NCBI GenBank assembly: GCA_038087875.1
Contig: JAXLNO010000048.1
Span: 1-59,265 of the forward strand
Direction of reading: 5' to 3'
DNA length: 59,265 nt
From: Malacoraja senta
Lineage: Eukaryota
Below, one piece after another: positions 13,151 through 25,754 of this stretch. The position numbers and the translations under genes are program-made. Below the pieces are notes generated by a model that saw nothing but the letters and a program-made list of their open reading frames with translations, was not told where the DNA came from and did not search any database. Position 1 is the first letter of the stretch; every line of letters begins with the position of its first letter.

Positions 13151-14179
13151 AGATGCCATGATAATACAAAATTGAAGTAGAAATACAGTAATGCAGAAAA
13201 GCAGTTTTAATGGAGAAAATAGCTCATAGAATTTTGAAACCAAATAAGAATGCAAAACCTGTGGTATCCTAGTATTACATCATTGTTATTTTCAGAGACA
13301 TAGAAACATAGAAACCTAGAAAATAGGTGCAGGAGTAGGTCTTTTGGCCCTTCAAGCCATTCAATATGATCATGGCTGATCATATTGGTACCCCGTTACG
13401 GCTTTTCCCCCATATCCCTTGATTCCTGTAGCCATAAGAGCTAAATCTACCTCTCTCTTGAAAACATCCAGTGAATTGGCCTCCACTGCCTCTGTGGCAG
13501 AGAATTCCATAGATTTAGAACTCTCTGGGTGAAAACGTTTTTCCTCATCTGAGTCCTAAATGGCCTACCCCTTATTCTTAAACTGTGACCCATGGTTCTG
13601 GACTCCCCCAACATGGGGAACATTTTTCCTGCATATAGCCTGTCCAATCCCTTAAGAATGTTATATGTTTCTATAAGATCCTCTCTCATCATTCTAAATT
13701 CCAGTGAATACAAGCCCAGTCGACCCAATCTTTCCTTATACGTCAGTCCCGCAATCCCGGGAATTAACCTGGTGAACCTATGCTGCACTCTCTCAATAGC
13801 AAGAATGTCCTTCCTTAAATTAGGAGACCAAAACTGCAGACAATACTCCAGGTGTGGTCTCCCCAGTGCCTTGTACAATTGCAGTAGGACCTCCTTGCTC
13901 CTAAACTCAAATCCTCTTGCAATGAAAGCCAACATGCCATTAGCTTTCTTCACTGCCTGTTGTACCTACATGCTGTACCTACAAGGACACCTAGGTCTCA
14001 TTGAACCTCCCCTTTTCCTAATCTGATACCACTCAGATAATAATCTGCCTTCCTGTTCTTGCCACCAAAGTGGATAACCTCACATTTATCCACATTATAC
14101 TGCATCTGCCATGCATCTGCCCACTCACCCAACCTATCCAAGTCACCTTGCAGACTCATAGCATCCTTCTCGCAGCTCA

Positions 14180-15344
14180 TGGGCTTGCACCATATATGCA
14201 ATTTTTTTTTTGTTTTTAATATTTTTATTAGAAGTGATGTACAATAATATAAGACATAAATAACATATTACATTTCATGTACAACTTATTTTAAATTTAA
14301 TATTAGAAAAAAAAGAGTAAGAAAAGCAAGAAATATAGAGATAGAGAATATTATATAGCTCGAAAAAGAAAAAAAGAAGGTGATGTGAAATAAGCAGAAA
14401 GAGAGAGAATAGAGGAGAGAGAAAGAGAAAAGGAAAAAAAAGAAAGAAAAGAGAGAAAATGAAAGGGATAAGCCTCCTTCGTATCTTTACCCACCCTTCA
14501 CCCGGTTATGACACAATTAATTTCTAAGGTTGTGTTGCACCACATGATTGTAATAAGTCGATAAATGGAGACCAAATCTTTAAGAATTGGTCTGATTTGC
14601 CTGATAGGAGGAATTATGCGACTTTTTAGGCGACTGCAGACTATGCAGTCGTCACATGGTCGCCACATGTTCGCGGGTGGTTGCCGGGGAGTCGCCTTCA
14701 TGGTCGTGAGGAATTCCCGCATTCTGGGAACTAGTCGCGGCCTCATTATGGTCGCCGCAAATTTTTCAACATGTTGACAAATTAGCGGTGACTAGAATGA
14801 AGCCGCCATGGAGAGTAGTGCGAATTCCCGTGCCGTAGGTGGGTCGCCAGGAGGTCCTAGTGGGTTGCGAGGAGGTCGAAGATTCTCGTAGGTTCTTGTA
14901 GGTTGTAGCTGGTGCTGACCGGTGAATTTTATTGGCTCATTGGGGAAATAAACGTAAGCAGTAATTTTCAGAACCAAGGATAACCGATGTTAACCAATGT
15001 TAAATGTCCGCCGAACATCACAGCCGTGTATCTCTGGCTTCTTAAAAATTGTCTGGCTTCTTAAAGGTTGTCTCCACTCCTTCTCCCTCCTTCTCCCCCC
15101 TCTTTTAAAGGACTTACTGTACACTGTGCTTTAGCCGTCTTAATTACAGCGCCAACCTTCCTGTTCATCACGGTGCGTGTCTGTATCACCTTGGCTTTGC
15201 ACCGTGTGAATTTCAGACAGTGCTTCCCTCGCTTGCCCTGTCCCCCGCCTTTGCGATGTGTTTGTGTTCCACTCTGACAGTCCCCATTCCAGTTGCCGGT
15301 TTTTCAGGCGACTGCCGGCAACTTGACAAAGTGGGACAGGCCCA
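14180..15344. mobile_element. PIF/Harbinger-type MITE whose left TIR is disrupted by an L1 3' fragment
   Basis: 3-bp TSD TCA (14177-14179 and 15345-15347); right TIR GTGGGACAGGCCCA; inverted homology to 44647-45393. Confidence 0.8.
14200..14615 (-). mobile_element. L1 3' UTR fragment
   Basis: Similar to 76-500 (poly-T, TTTTTATTAGAAG, purine-rich tract, TGTTGCACCA). Confidence 0.75.
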
Positions 15345-15805
15345 TCACTCTGCCACCCAGCTTTGTGTCATCAGCAAATTTGATGGTTACATTTAATTCC
15401 CTCATCTAAATCGTTAATATGTATTGTAAAAAACTGGGGACCCAGCACGAGCCTTGCGGCACCCACTGTCACTGCCTGTCATTCTGAAAAGGACCCGTTA
15501 ATTCCTACTCTTTGCTTCCTGTCTGCCAACCAGTTCTCTATCCATGTCAATACCTAATCCCAATACCATGTGCTCTAATTTTGCACACTAATCTCTTGTG
15601 TGAGACCTTGTCAAAAGCTTTCTGAAAGTCCAGATACACCACATCCACTTGCCCTCCCTTATCCATTCTACTTGTTACATCCTCAAAAAATTTCAGAAGA
15701 TTAGTGAAGCATGATTTCTCCTTCATAAATCCATGCTGACTTTGACCAATCCTGTCACTTGTTGTGTCATGTGTTTAACTTGTTGGATAGTTTATTTTAC
15801 AGGAC

Positions 15806-16110
15806 TGCCGCTGTGTGGAGTCGGGGGAAGCTGCTGTGTGGAGTCGGGGGAAGCCGCTGTGTGGAGTCGGGAGGTGCTGTGTGGTGCCGCGGCCTGAGGC
15901 CGCTGAGTGAAGTTCCTCCCCCTCCTCCCCACACCACCCCACCCCCCCAAACCATTCCACCCCCCAAACCATCCCACCCCCCACACCACCCCACCCCACC
16001 TCCACACCCCCACACACCACCCCACCCACCCCCACACCACAGCACCCCCCACACCACCCCCACGCCAACCCACCCCCTCCCCACACCACCCCATCCCACC
16101 CCCCACACAC
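15806..16110. repeat. ~25-bp tandem repeat (x3) followed by a C/A-rich low-complexity tract
   Basis: GCTGTGTGGAGTCGGGGGAAGC units, then (CCCCACA)-like runs. Confidence 0.85.
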
Positions 16111-17171
16111 TGGAGTTAGTGCTTCTTCTCCGCGCTGGCTGTAAGCCTGGGCCGGTGTCCCGTTAATCCAGGGCTGTCGGTTAACCCGGCGGGCCAGGCA
16201 GAGTTGAGCTGGAGTTAACGCTTCTTCTCCAAGCTGGCTGTAAGCCTGGGCCGGTGTCCTCTCAATCCAGGGTCACCCCGGACATCTCCGGCCGTCCCCA
16301 GACAAAGATGGGACACTCAGCGGGGACGGGGATGGTCCAGTAGCAATTCAACAGCGCTTGCAGCGCCGGACACCCAGGTTCGATCATGACTACGGATGAA
16401 ACGCAGGTCTGTGTCCATGCAGCAGCACAGTTGCCGAGAATGTTTGTATCGAGTGATGTATGATCTGGGCATGCGCAATCGGAATACCAAACTTGCTTAT
16501 TCACTGCCAAATTTGCTCGTATAATGACAATGAATTTTAAATTATTTTGTTGCATGTAAAATATTTTAGGATATCCAGATATGACTGGTATTAGATAAAT
16601 TCCACTTCTGCCTTGTAAAAAAAAAACAGATCCTTCAATATTGACTGAATATTCCCAATTTCAAAGCATGCAACATTGAGATCCAGAAAATAGTTTATAA
16701 AGCACAATATGTTTTTGCACCATAGGAAAAGATTAATTTAAAGCTTGAACACATTTGGTGACTGTGTCCTTTATGCAGAGTTTGTGCATTTTCTAAACTA
16801 CAGAGAATGATGAACAAGCTTGCGCAATGTTGCTGAAAGTCATTGAGCACAGATTTTTACTATAAAAGGCAACTATGGATTGTAAATGATGTTGACTTCA
16901 AAGAGTTGGTTTTAAAAGGTGCTTTTACATGACTTAAAGAGAATCAGCCTCATCTGGACCATGTCAGTCTTCGGGCAAGTACATCATACTTGATGTTCAA
17001 TACAACCTCTGAAGACTGATGTACCTCCTCGCAAAGTCAGAATTCAATACAAAACCCACCAACCAACCATGTCTAAAATCGCTGAAGAGTTGATATCCCA
17101 GCTACGTGCCCTCCTACTCTTAATGGACTGATCCTTGCCACCACATTCCTCAATGTCCAACTTTCAATATT

Positions 17172-18640
17172 ACAAGTTCACGTTCACATGTTATAGGAGT
17201 ATAATTAGGCCATTCGGCCCATCGAGTCTATGCCATTCAATCATGGCTGATCTCTGCCTCCTAATCCCATTTTCCTGCCTTCTCCCCATAACCCTGACAC
17301 CTGTTCTAATCAAGAATTTGTCTTTCTCTGCCTTAAAAATATCCACAGACCTCTGCGGCAATGAGTTCCACAGATTAACTACCCTCTGACTAAAGAAGCT
17401 TCTCCTCACCTCGTTTCTAAAAGAGCGCCCTTTAATTCTGAGGCTATGACCTCTGGTCCTAGACTCTACCGCCAGTGGAAACATCCTTTCCACATCCACT
17501 CTATCTATGCCTTTCACAATTCTGTAAGTTTCAATGAGGACCCCCCTCAACCTGCTAAACTCCAGCAAGTAGAGGCCCAGTGCTGTCAAAGGCTCATCAT
17601 ATGCTCACCCACTCATTCCTGGAATCATTCTTGTAAACCTCCTTTGGACCTTCTCCAGAGCCAACACATCCTTCCTCAGATATGGGGCCCAAATATGCTC
17701 ACAGTACTCCAAATGCGGCCTGACCAACACCTTAGCCATTACAGCCCTCCACTAATTTTTCCAGATCCAACCATTCCTACCCATTTCCTGCCCTTCCTCA
17801 ATAATTTCTTGCCATTCCAAGTGAGCTCTAACTTATCATTTCTCCTCCTCTAAACACCATCCCACCACCCTTCCTGCAGTGCCATAGAGTCATAGTCATG
17901 CAGTGTGGAAACAGGCACTTCAGCCAAACTTTCCCACAAACTTTCCCACATCAACCAACAGGCCCCATTTACACAAGTCCCACTTGCCTGCGAGTACTGC
18001 ACTCCTAGATCCCTCCGCTCTACTACATTCCCCAGAGCCCTACCACTGTGTAGGTCCTGCCCATGTTAGACTTCCCAAACTGCATCGCCTCGCATTTCTC
18101 TGCAGTAAAATTCCATCAACCATTCTTCAACCCACCTGCCCAACCGATCAAGATCCTGCTGCATTTTTTGACAACCATCTTCACTGTCTACAAAACCACC
18201 CACTTTTGTGTCATCTGCAAACTTGCTAATCATGCCAGGTATGTTTTCATCAAAATCCATGATATGGATGACTTAGCGATGGGCCCAGCACTGAACAATG
18301 AGGCGCATCACTAGTCACAGGCCTACAGTCCGAAAAGCAACCTTCCATCATCATCCTCTGCTTCCTTCCATGAAGTCAACTTTCTATCCATTCAGCTGTC
18401 TTTCCTTGGATCCCATGGGATCTAACCTTCCAGAGCAGTTTTTCATAGGTGCAGGAGTAGGCCATTTGGCCTTTTGAACCAGCACCGTCATTCACTATGA
18501 TCATGGCTGATCATCCACAATCAGTACCCCGTTCCTGCCTTCTCCCCATATCCCTTGACTCCGCTATCTTTAAGATAGACACGACCTCCCACGCACAAAA
18601 CCATGCTGATTATCCTTAATCACCACATGTCCATCTAAAT
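17172..18640 (-). mobile_element. Cluster of CR1 fragments
   Basis: ORF 17191-17589 (ESRTRGHSLRIKG), ORF 18066-18260 (ISKFADDTKVGG) and a CR1 tail at 18444-18575. Confidence 0.85.
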
Positions 18641-21086
18641 AAGGGGTTGACAACCTACAGCCCTCGGGCCAAATGCGGCCCCGTAACCCGAAATCATCCA
18701 GCCCGCAGGCAGAGTTTTCTACCCGCATTCATCCGGCCCGCGGTCGTATATATATATATATATTTTCTCATTCATTTAGCCCGCAGTGGTAATTTTTTTT
18801 TCCAGCATCTAAAAGTGTAGTAGCAGCTGGGGTGCCTGCTGCTCAGCGCGCCCCGGAACCATTCCGGCTAACAGACGTATTTTTTTTCCTGCACCTCTCT
18901 TGGATTGGTGGGCAGAGTTCCTCCAGCACTCTGTTTTTTTACCGGTAGTTTTCGTGACCTGGGAACTGCAGCCAGACCTGGGGCAAGCAAGCCGACCTGG
19001 GCGCTACAGCCAGACCTGCCAGCCGACCTGAGCGCTAAACCAAACCCTAGATTGTGACCCTAGAAGATGCACCCCCATTTCAAAATTTAGCGATTCACAA
19101 TGGGGGTGCATCTTCGACGTAGGCGCGTCTTCATTGCCGGGAAATACAGTATGTAAAACCGAAGAATGGGCTCGATCCGAAATGCCACCCATTCCTCTCT
19201 CCAGTGATGCTGCCTGTCCCGCTGAATTACTCCAGCAATTTGCGTCTATGTTCGATGTAAACCAACATCTGCCGTTCCTTCCTATATTGTTCTAGTAAAT
19301 CTTGTCTGTGCTCTCTGCCGTGCTTTCGCGCTGTTCAGTGCAGTGCCCAATATCCCAGCCTTTATGAAACCAATGTTTTAACGAAGTTCAACACAACCTC
19401 CTTGCCTTTGTACCCAGCACCTTCAGTTACAAACCTGTGCAAATGGTTGGCATTGTTGATACTGCATATTTTGCATAGTGCATATACTGCATAGTGGAGT
19501 ATCTTGCTCCGCTCTATGATCTTTGGCCGGTGCTCCGGGTGGCGTCCTCGAAGGGGCGGGATCTATGTGACACGTGATTTGTTGCCTGCCATCCGGGGCG
19601 GGATGGGGGCGGGATCCATGTGTGCACGTGATAGATGTGGCCCGCCATCCGCTCACAGACATGCGTTTGGCCCCTGTGCAGAACAAGATTGCTGACCCCT
19701 GATCTAAATGCATGTATATCCTATCCCTCAGAATACACTCTTGCACTCTTGTAACTTTCCGACGGGGTCAAGGAAAGAGCATTCACGTTGCGGCCCTGTT
19801 TCCACCAATCTTTCCACCACCACGCACAAGAAGCACAAGAAGCGCAAGACAGACACCATTGTATGCAGATGCCGAGAAGTGTGTTCAGCTCTGGCTGAAC
19901 AACTTCTAACCTTGTGTGTGGACTCGATAAGAAGAATTTTACGACCACATACATTAGGCTCACTGGCCTGTAGTTCCCAGGCTTTTTCCTGCAGCCTTCT
20001 TGAACATTTGCCACCCTCCAGTCTTCTGACACCACACCTGTATTTAATAATGGCTCGCAAATTGCAGCCGATGCTCAATTTTTCTTAGGCATGTTAGGAA
20101 AAACATTTGTTAAGAATATAAATTAGGAATGATGGATTTATAACATGGAAATATACGACTGGAAGAGCAGAAAAGATCTGTTGGAAACTGGAGACGAAAC
20201 AATATGTTTACTATTCCTCAGAATTCATCTGAAATCGATTCCAAATATTCAACATTTTTCCCTGTGGCTTGGCATATAGGTAAAGATAAATTGAATATTT
20301 ATACAAATATAAATAAAAAATAAAAAATCTTATTTACTACATTCTAATCTTCCTAAAATGTTTGACTTTCAATACATCACATTAAACATTATTACAAATA
20401 TTTATTGTTCGTTTCAGATTTACCTGGGCGACAGGAGGACCATAGGGATGCACAAACAGGGAGAAATTGTCTGTGCTTAGATAATAAAATGAAGGCTTTG
20501 TTTGTTCTCTTAAATGGATGTAAATGAATTCAAAATACTCCTTTCAAGTTCAGCAGAGCATGAAGCCAATATTTATCCTAATAGCATAATTTATCCTAAC
20601 ATCTATCACAAACAGACAACTTGGTCACTGTCACATTAGTACGTTTATAGGGGTCTGCTGCATGGATAGTGACTGATATATTCTCTAAATTATGACAATG
20701 AAAGCATCCCAGAAGTAGTTTGGTGTTGGGGTTCATATTGGTTGGATGGGAGGGGAGGCACAAATGGAAGTTCATTCTTTAGCTTCGGAGAGATGGAGGA
20801 CTAGGCATGGAAACATTCATTTATTTATTTTATAGATTTGATTTACTTCATTTTATGTTGAGATGTGGCAGATCAAGGGAGTGCAAGAAAATCATAATTG
20901 AAGTCTAAAGAATAACATTTCTCAGATTTAACATATCAATACAAATACAGTCTTCAGAAAGGAAGGTGTATCGGTAAAGTTGTAAAATGTGATGGAGGGA
21001 AATTACAATCACATGTTCACAACCTCACGTCTCACATCCAGGTAGAGGAGAATATCCGGGGAATACCACAGATGTGCTGTAATTAT

Positions 21087-22650
21087 CTTTTTCTTCTTAA
21101 GCCCTTTGTTCCTCTAGGGAGCATAGGCCATTGACAAATATCCTCCACCTCACTCGTTTGTTGGCAGTTCTTTCGAGATCTCCCCAGTTGAGCCCACTCT
21201 CAGACATTTCTGTCTGGCCACCTCTTCTCCGGCTGTTCCTGGGGTGACCTCATTTCCTTTTTCCTTGGGGGTTCCATTTCAGGGCTTGCCGGGTGATGTT
21301 TGTGGCAGGTTTCCGGAGGGCATGTCCAATCCAACTACATTTTCTCCTTCAAATTTGTAAGTCAATGGGCTCCTGGCTTGTTCTTTTCCACAGGTCCACA
21401 TTGCTTACTTTGTCTCTCCACCAGATCTTAAGTATTCTCCTAAGGCAGGTGTTGAACACCAGCCTAGCCTTATTGATTCTACTTTTTTATGTCTGCCTCT
21501 GCCCCTCTGGTGATGTCCACAACACTGCCTAGGTATGTGAATGTTTCTACCTCCTCTAGAGCAGTGTTGTGCATAAGGACAGAGTTGCTGGTTTTGGAGT
21601 GGATCCTCATCACCTGTGTCATTATTGTATTCAAGTTCAAGTTACAGTGGAATTTAACTTACCATGCAGCCATACAACAAGGTACAGTGGAATTTAACTT
21701 ACCATGCAGCCATACAAACAAAAGAGCACAATACACAATAGAATATAACATGAACATCCACCACAGTGGAATCAACTTTCTTCACTGTGGTGGAAGGCAA
21801 TAACTTTGTCAGTCCTCCTCCTTTGTTCATCCGTGGTCGGGGCCATGAACCCTCCACAGTCGCCGCTACGGATGGCCCTCTCGTCGGAATGCTCGAAACT
21901 CCGACGTCGGGATGGACACTCCGCAGATTGGAGGACCCGAATCAGCCGCTTCCTACCGGAGACCAGAGCTTCATGATGTTATAGGCCGCAGGCCGGCGGT
22001 CGGAGCACTTCTTCTGGCGACCCCGGCAAGGAATCGCCTGGCTCCACGATGGAAAATCCATGCCGCACCCGCGGCTAGAAGCTCCGCAGACCACGGCTTC
22101 AAGATGTCATAGTCCGCAGGCCGGCGGTCGGAGCACTTCTTCTGGCGACCCCCGGCAAGGGATCGCCTGGCTCCACGATGGAAAGTCCGCACTGCACCCT
22201 CTGCTGAAGCTCTGGACCCGACTCCGGGAAAGGCCGCACCAATCCAAGCTGTTAGGCCGCGAGGGAGGGCGAAATGCAACTAGGAGAAAAGTCACATTCC
22301 ACCATGGTAAGGGACTAAAAAACATTCCCCCAATTCCCACCCCCACCCCCACACACTTAAACACACTTTTAGACATACTAAAAACAAAAAAAAAGTGGAA
22401 AGGACGAACAGCTGCTGGCGAGGCTACCGGCTCGCGGCACCACCAGTCACACCCATTGGGTGTAAGACCAAGTTTTGTTGCAGCTTGTGCGTGTCTGTTC
22501 GTCTTCTCCTGCATTTGTATCTGTGTGTGTGAAAGGAGAGCTATGTCGTCTGCAAAGTCAAGATCATCTTGCTGCTCCCACATTGTCCACTGAATTCCAT
22601 TTCTCCCTTCCGTTGTTTCCATCATTGCTGTAAATATGGCAACCTGCAAA
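21087..22650 (-). mobile_element. Degenerate RTE-like LINE with a nested insertion
   Basis: GIQWTMWEQQDDLDFADDIAL (22450-22650) and WNPQGKRK near 21250-21280; (GAA)-type tail at ~21090. Confidence 0.8.
21630..22447 (-). mobile_element. Unclassified GC-rich non-coding interspersed element
   Basis: Shares the 5' end motif and 3' hairpin (CCACCACAGTG...CACTGTGGTGG) with 33389-34180 and 47116-48015; internal ~130-bp tandem duplication. Confidence 0.65.
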
Positions 22651-23052
22651 AACATAGAAACATAGAAAAATAGGGGCAGGAGTAGGCCATTCAGCCCTTC
22701 AAGCCAGCTGATAATGGCTGATCACCTAAAATCAGTACCCTGTTCCTGATTTTTCCCCATATCCCTTGATTCCTGTAGCCATAAGAGCGAAATCTAACGC
22801 TCTTGAAAACATCCCCTGAATTGGCCCCCACTGCCTTCTAAATTCAACAGATTCACAACTCTCTGGGTGAAAACTTTTTTCATCATCTCACTCCTAAATG
22901 GCCTACCCTTATTCTTAAACTGTGACCCCTGGTTCTGGACTTCCCCCAACATCGGGAATTTTTTTCCTGCATCTAGCCTGTCCAATCCTTTCAGAATTTT
23001 ATATGTTTCTATAAGATCCTCTCTCATCCTTCTAAATTCCAGTCAATACAAG
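22651..23052 (-). mobile_element. CR1 3' fragment
   Basis: MREDLIETYKILKGLDRLDAG; (CATAGAAA)n tail. Confidence 0.9.
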
Positions 23053-23280
23053 AGTGAAGAGAGTCAAGAGTGTTTTATTGTCATACTAGACTAATTGGGA
23101 GCCGTTGGGTCCCATGTTCACACGGGAGGGCTGGTCCCCCAACGCAATATTCCACCTCTCCACCAATTCCAATATTGGTGGCCAGTGGGGGGTGGCTTTC
23201 TGGAGCGCTAGTATGGATGCTGTGTGCCGAAGGGACTGGTTTCCCGAGGGCTAGTATGGACATTGTGGGCCGAATGGATT

Positions 23281-23510
23281 CTTGGTCTGGCAGCTCAGTC
23301 ACTCAGACCTGGTGGGCTGGCAGCTCAGTCACTCAGGCCTGGTGGGCTGGCAGCTCAGTCACTCAGACCAGGTGGGCTGGCAGCACAGTCACTCAGGCCT
23401 GGTGGGCTGGCAGCTCAGTCACTCAGGCCTGGTGGGCTGGCAGCTCAGTCACTCAGGCCTGGTGGGCTGGCAGCTCAGTCACTCAGACCTGGTGGGCTGG
23501 CAGCTCAGTA
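23281..23510. repeat. 30-bp minisatellite, ~7.5 copies
   Basis: Unit GGTGGGCTGGCAGCTCAGTCACTCAGGCCT, head-to-tail with no spacers. Confidence 0.95.
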
Positions 23511-23989
23511 ACTGCCAGAAATTCTGCCCCTAAACAGGTGAGAGACTCTGTGAGAGAGAAGGGGGAGAGGGTGGAGAATCAATTTTAGACATTTTTCATC
23601 TTTTTCTGCAGATCACAGCAAAGAAGGAGGAAAGTCCATCCCGGCCTGGATCTCACAGGGTGCCAATGAACGGAGGGAGAAAAATTCTGGGGTGAGGTTT
23701 AATACTTGCAGGGGGAATACTTACTGATGGGCGAAAGGGACTCCTGCTGGGCTAGTACAGGCCTGATGGGCCGAAGGGGCGCTTTAAAAAAATCTGTGAA
23801 ATCTCAGTGAAAGGCACTTTTTCTGGACTTTTCCTGGCCAGGCACGGTCCTTTTGCGGCAAAATGCTCCTCCTGGGCTAATACGGATATTTTGGGCAAAA
23901 GGGACTGGTTTCTCGGCTAATAGGGGCCTTGTGGGCCGAAATTAGTCATTTCAGGCATGCCAAACAACTCATTTCTTTTAATTTCCATT

Positions 23990-24697
23990 TCAATTTCAAG
24001 CACAGGGCAGGCCAAACAGCTCATTGCCTTTACATTTACATTTCCAATTTCAAGCACAGGGAATGCAAAACAGCTCATTGCATTTTCATTTCACTTCCAT
24101 TGCCATTGCAGTTTCAAGCACAGGGCAGGCCGAACAGCTCTTTGCATTTTCATTTCACTTCATTGTCATTGCAGTTTCAAGCACAGGGCAGGCCGAACAG
24201 CTCTTTGCATTTACATTTCACTTCCATTGCCATTGCAGTTTCAAGCACAGGGCAGGCCGAACAGCTCATTACATTTTCATTTCACTTCCATTGCCATTGC
24301 AGTTTCAAGCACAGGGCAGGCCGCACAGCTGATTGCATTTTCATTTCATTTCCATTGCCATTGCAGTTTCAAGCACAGGGCAGGCTGAACAGTTGATTGC
24401 ATTTTCATTTCAGTTCCATTGCCATTGTAGTTTCAAGCACAGGGCAGGCCAAACAGCTGATTGCATTTTCATTTCACTTCCATTGCCATTGCAGTTTCAA
24501 GCACAGGGCAGGCCGAACAGCTCATTGCATTTTCATTTCACTTCCATTGCCATTGCAGTTTCAAGCACAGGGCAGGCCGAACAGCTCATTGCATTTTCAT
24601 TTCACTTCCATTGCCATTGCAGTTTCAAGCACAGGGCAGGCCGAACAGCTGATTGCATTTTCATTTAACTTCCATTGCCATTGCAGTTTCAAGCACA
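23990..24697. repeat. 64-bp minisatellite, ~11 copies
   Basis: Unit TTTCAAGCACAGGGCAGGCCGAACAGCTCATTGCATTTTCATTTCACTTCCATTGCCATTGCAG. Confidence 0.95.
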
Positions 24698-24936
24698 ATC
24701 ATAGCGATATATGGTAGTTTTTTTTCTAAAATCAATATACAGCGCAGACAGGAAGTGGTCAAGATGAGACTTTTAATTATATAGATGTCCCAGATAGAAC
24801 AATGAAATTCTTACTTACTGCAGCAGAATATGTAAACATAGTATGATATGATAAATGAGAGAGAGAGAAAAGAAAAGTTCAGTATGTATATATACACATA
24901 TACTCACAATATATATATATACTCACAATATATATA

Positions 24937-25034
24937 GGTAGACAAAAGTGCTGGAGAAACTCAGCGGGTGCAGCAGCATCTATGGAGCGAAAGAAATAGG
25001 CAACGTTTCGGGCCGAAACCCTTCTTCAGACTGA
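24937..25034 (-). mobile_element. Penelope terminal fragment with an intact hammerhead-like core, inside a TA-rich microsatellite
   Basis: CTGAAGA-A-GGGT-TTCG-GCCC-GAAACGTTG on the minus strand (25001-25029); nearly identical to 48376-48473. Confidence 0.8.
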
Positions 25035-25754
25035 TATATATATATTGTGTATATATACACAATACAATCAATACAATCAGTTATATTCGTCAAGTGAAAT
25101 GAATTTGCCAGCAGTTTTTGTCATCCGGATTTTAAAATCTCCGCTTTCTGCGAGACAGTGGAGGTGGGACTGCTGATCGAGATGAGATGAGAGAGACGTC
25201 GGTCAGCAGGCAATGAGGGCGGGACGTGATAATTCAGCGCGATGATTGGAGGAGGGAGGAGTGGGGGGGGGGGTGGTGGGACTGAGGATAGAGTGCGGTG
25301 ATTGGAGGAGGGAGACATGGCACAGACCTGCACCTCATCCACAGCCAGGATCGATCCCGGCCGGCTCTCCGGCGCTGTCCCGTCCCCACCCGAGTTCCCC
25401 CCCCCCACGGGTGGCCAGAGAGGTCGGGAGTCAGACGCGAGCTGTACCCCCAGGCCCACAGCCAGCGCAGAGAAGCAGCGCTAAATCCAGCTCAACTCTG
25501 CCTGTCCCGCCAGGTTAACCTGCCTGGGCTTGCGGGAAATATGGCCAGCGCGGAGAAGCAGCGCTGGTTTCCCGTCAGTCCAGTCAGGGCTTGTAGGTTA
25601 ACCCGGCAAGACAGGCAGAGTTGAGCTGCATTTAGCGCTGGATTGAGCCTCCGAAGCCTCGCGCATGTGTGTGTGAGTGTGCGCATGCGCGCGCGGCTGC
25701 CAAAAAATTGTGTCTCCCATGTCCCCCGGTCCCCTCCATATTTTGATAGCCTGG

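Larger units (their letters stand above)
13296..15758 (-). mobile_element. CR1 LINE interrupted by a Harbinger MITE
   Basis: ORFs 13447-13953 and 13998-14201 are CR1 RT C-terminus; RT continues at 15345-15758 (YLDFQKAFDKV). Confidence 0.9.
23086..24785 (-). mobile_element. Non-autonomous Helitron with internal minisatellites
   Basis: Minus strand 5' TCTATATAATT ... 3' hairpin, then CTAG. Inserted between A and T with no TSD; flanks rejoin as TTGTCATA|TGTCCCAG. Confidence 0.88.

Noticed and set aside
15759..16166. Pro/His-rich and Gly/Trp-rich ORFs on both strands
   Set aside because: Translation of low-complexity C/A-rich DNA.
23281..24697. Regular arrays that could be taken for CRISPR
   Set aside because: Head-to-tail units with no unique spacers, no cas genes, eukaryotic context, and located inside a Helitron.
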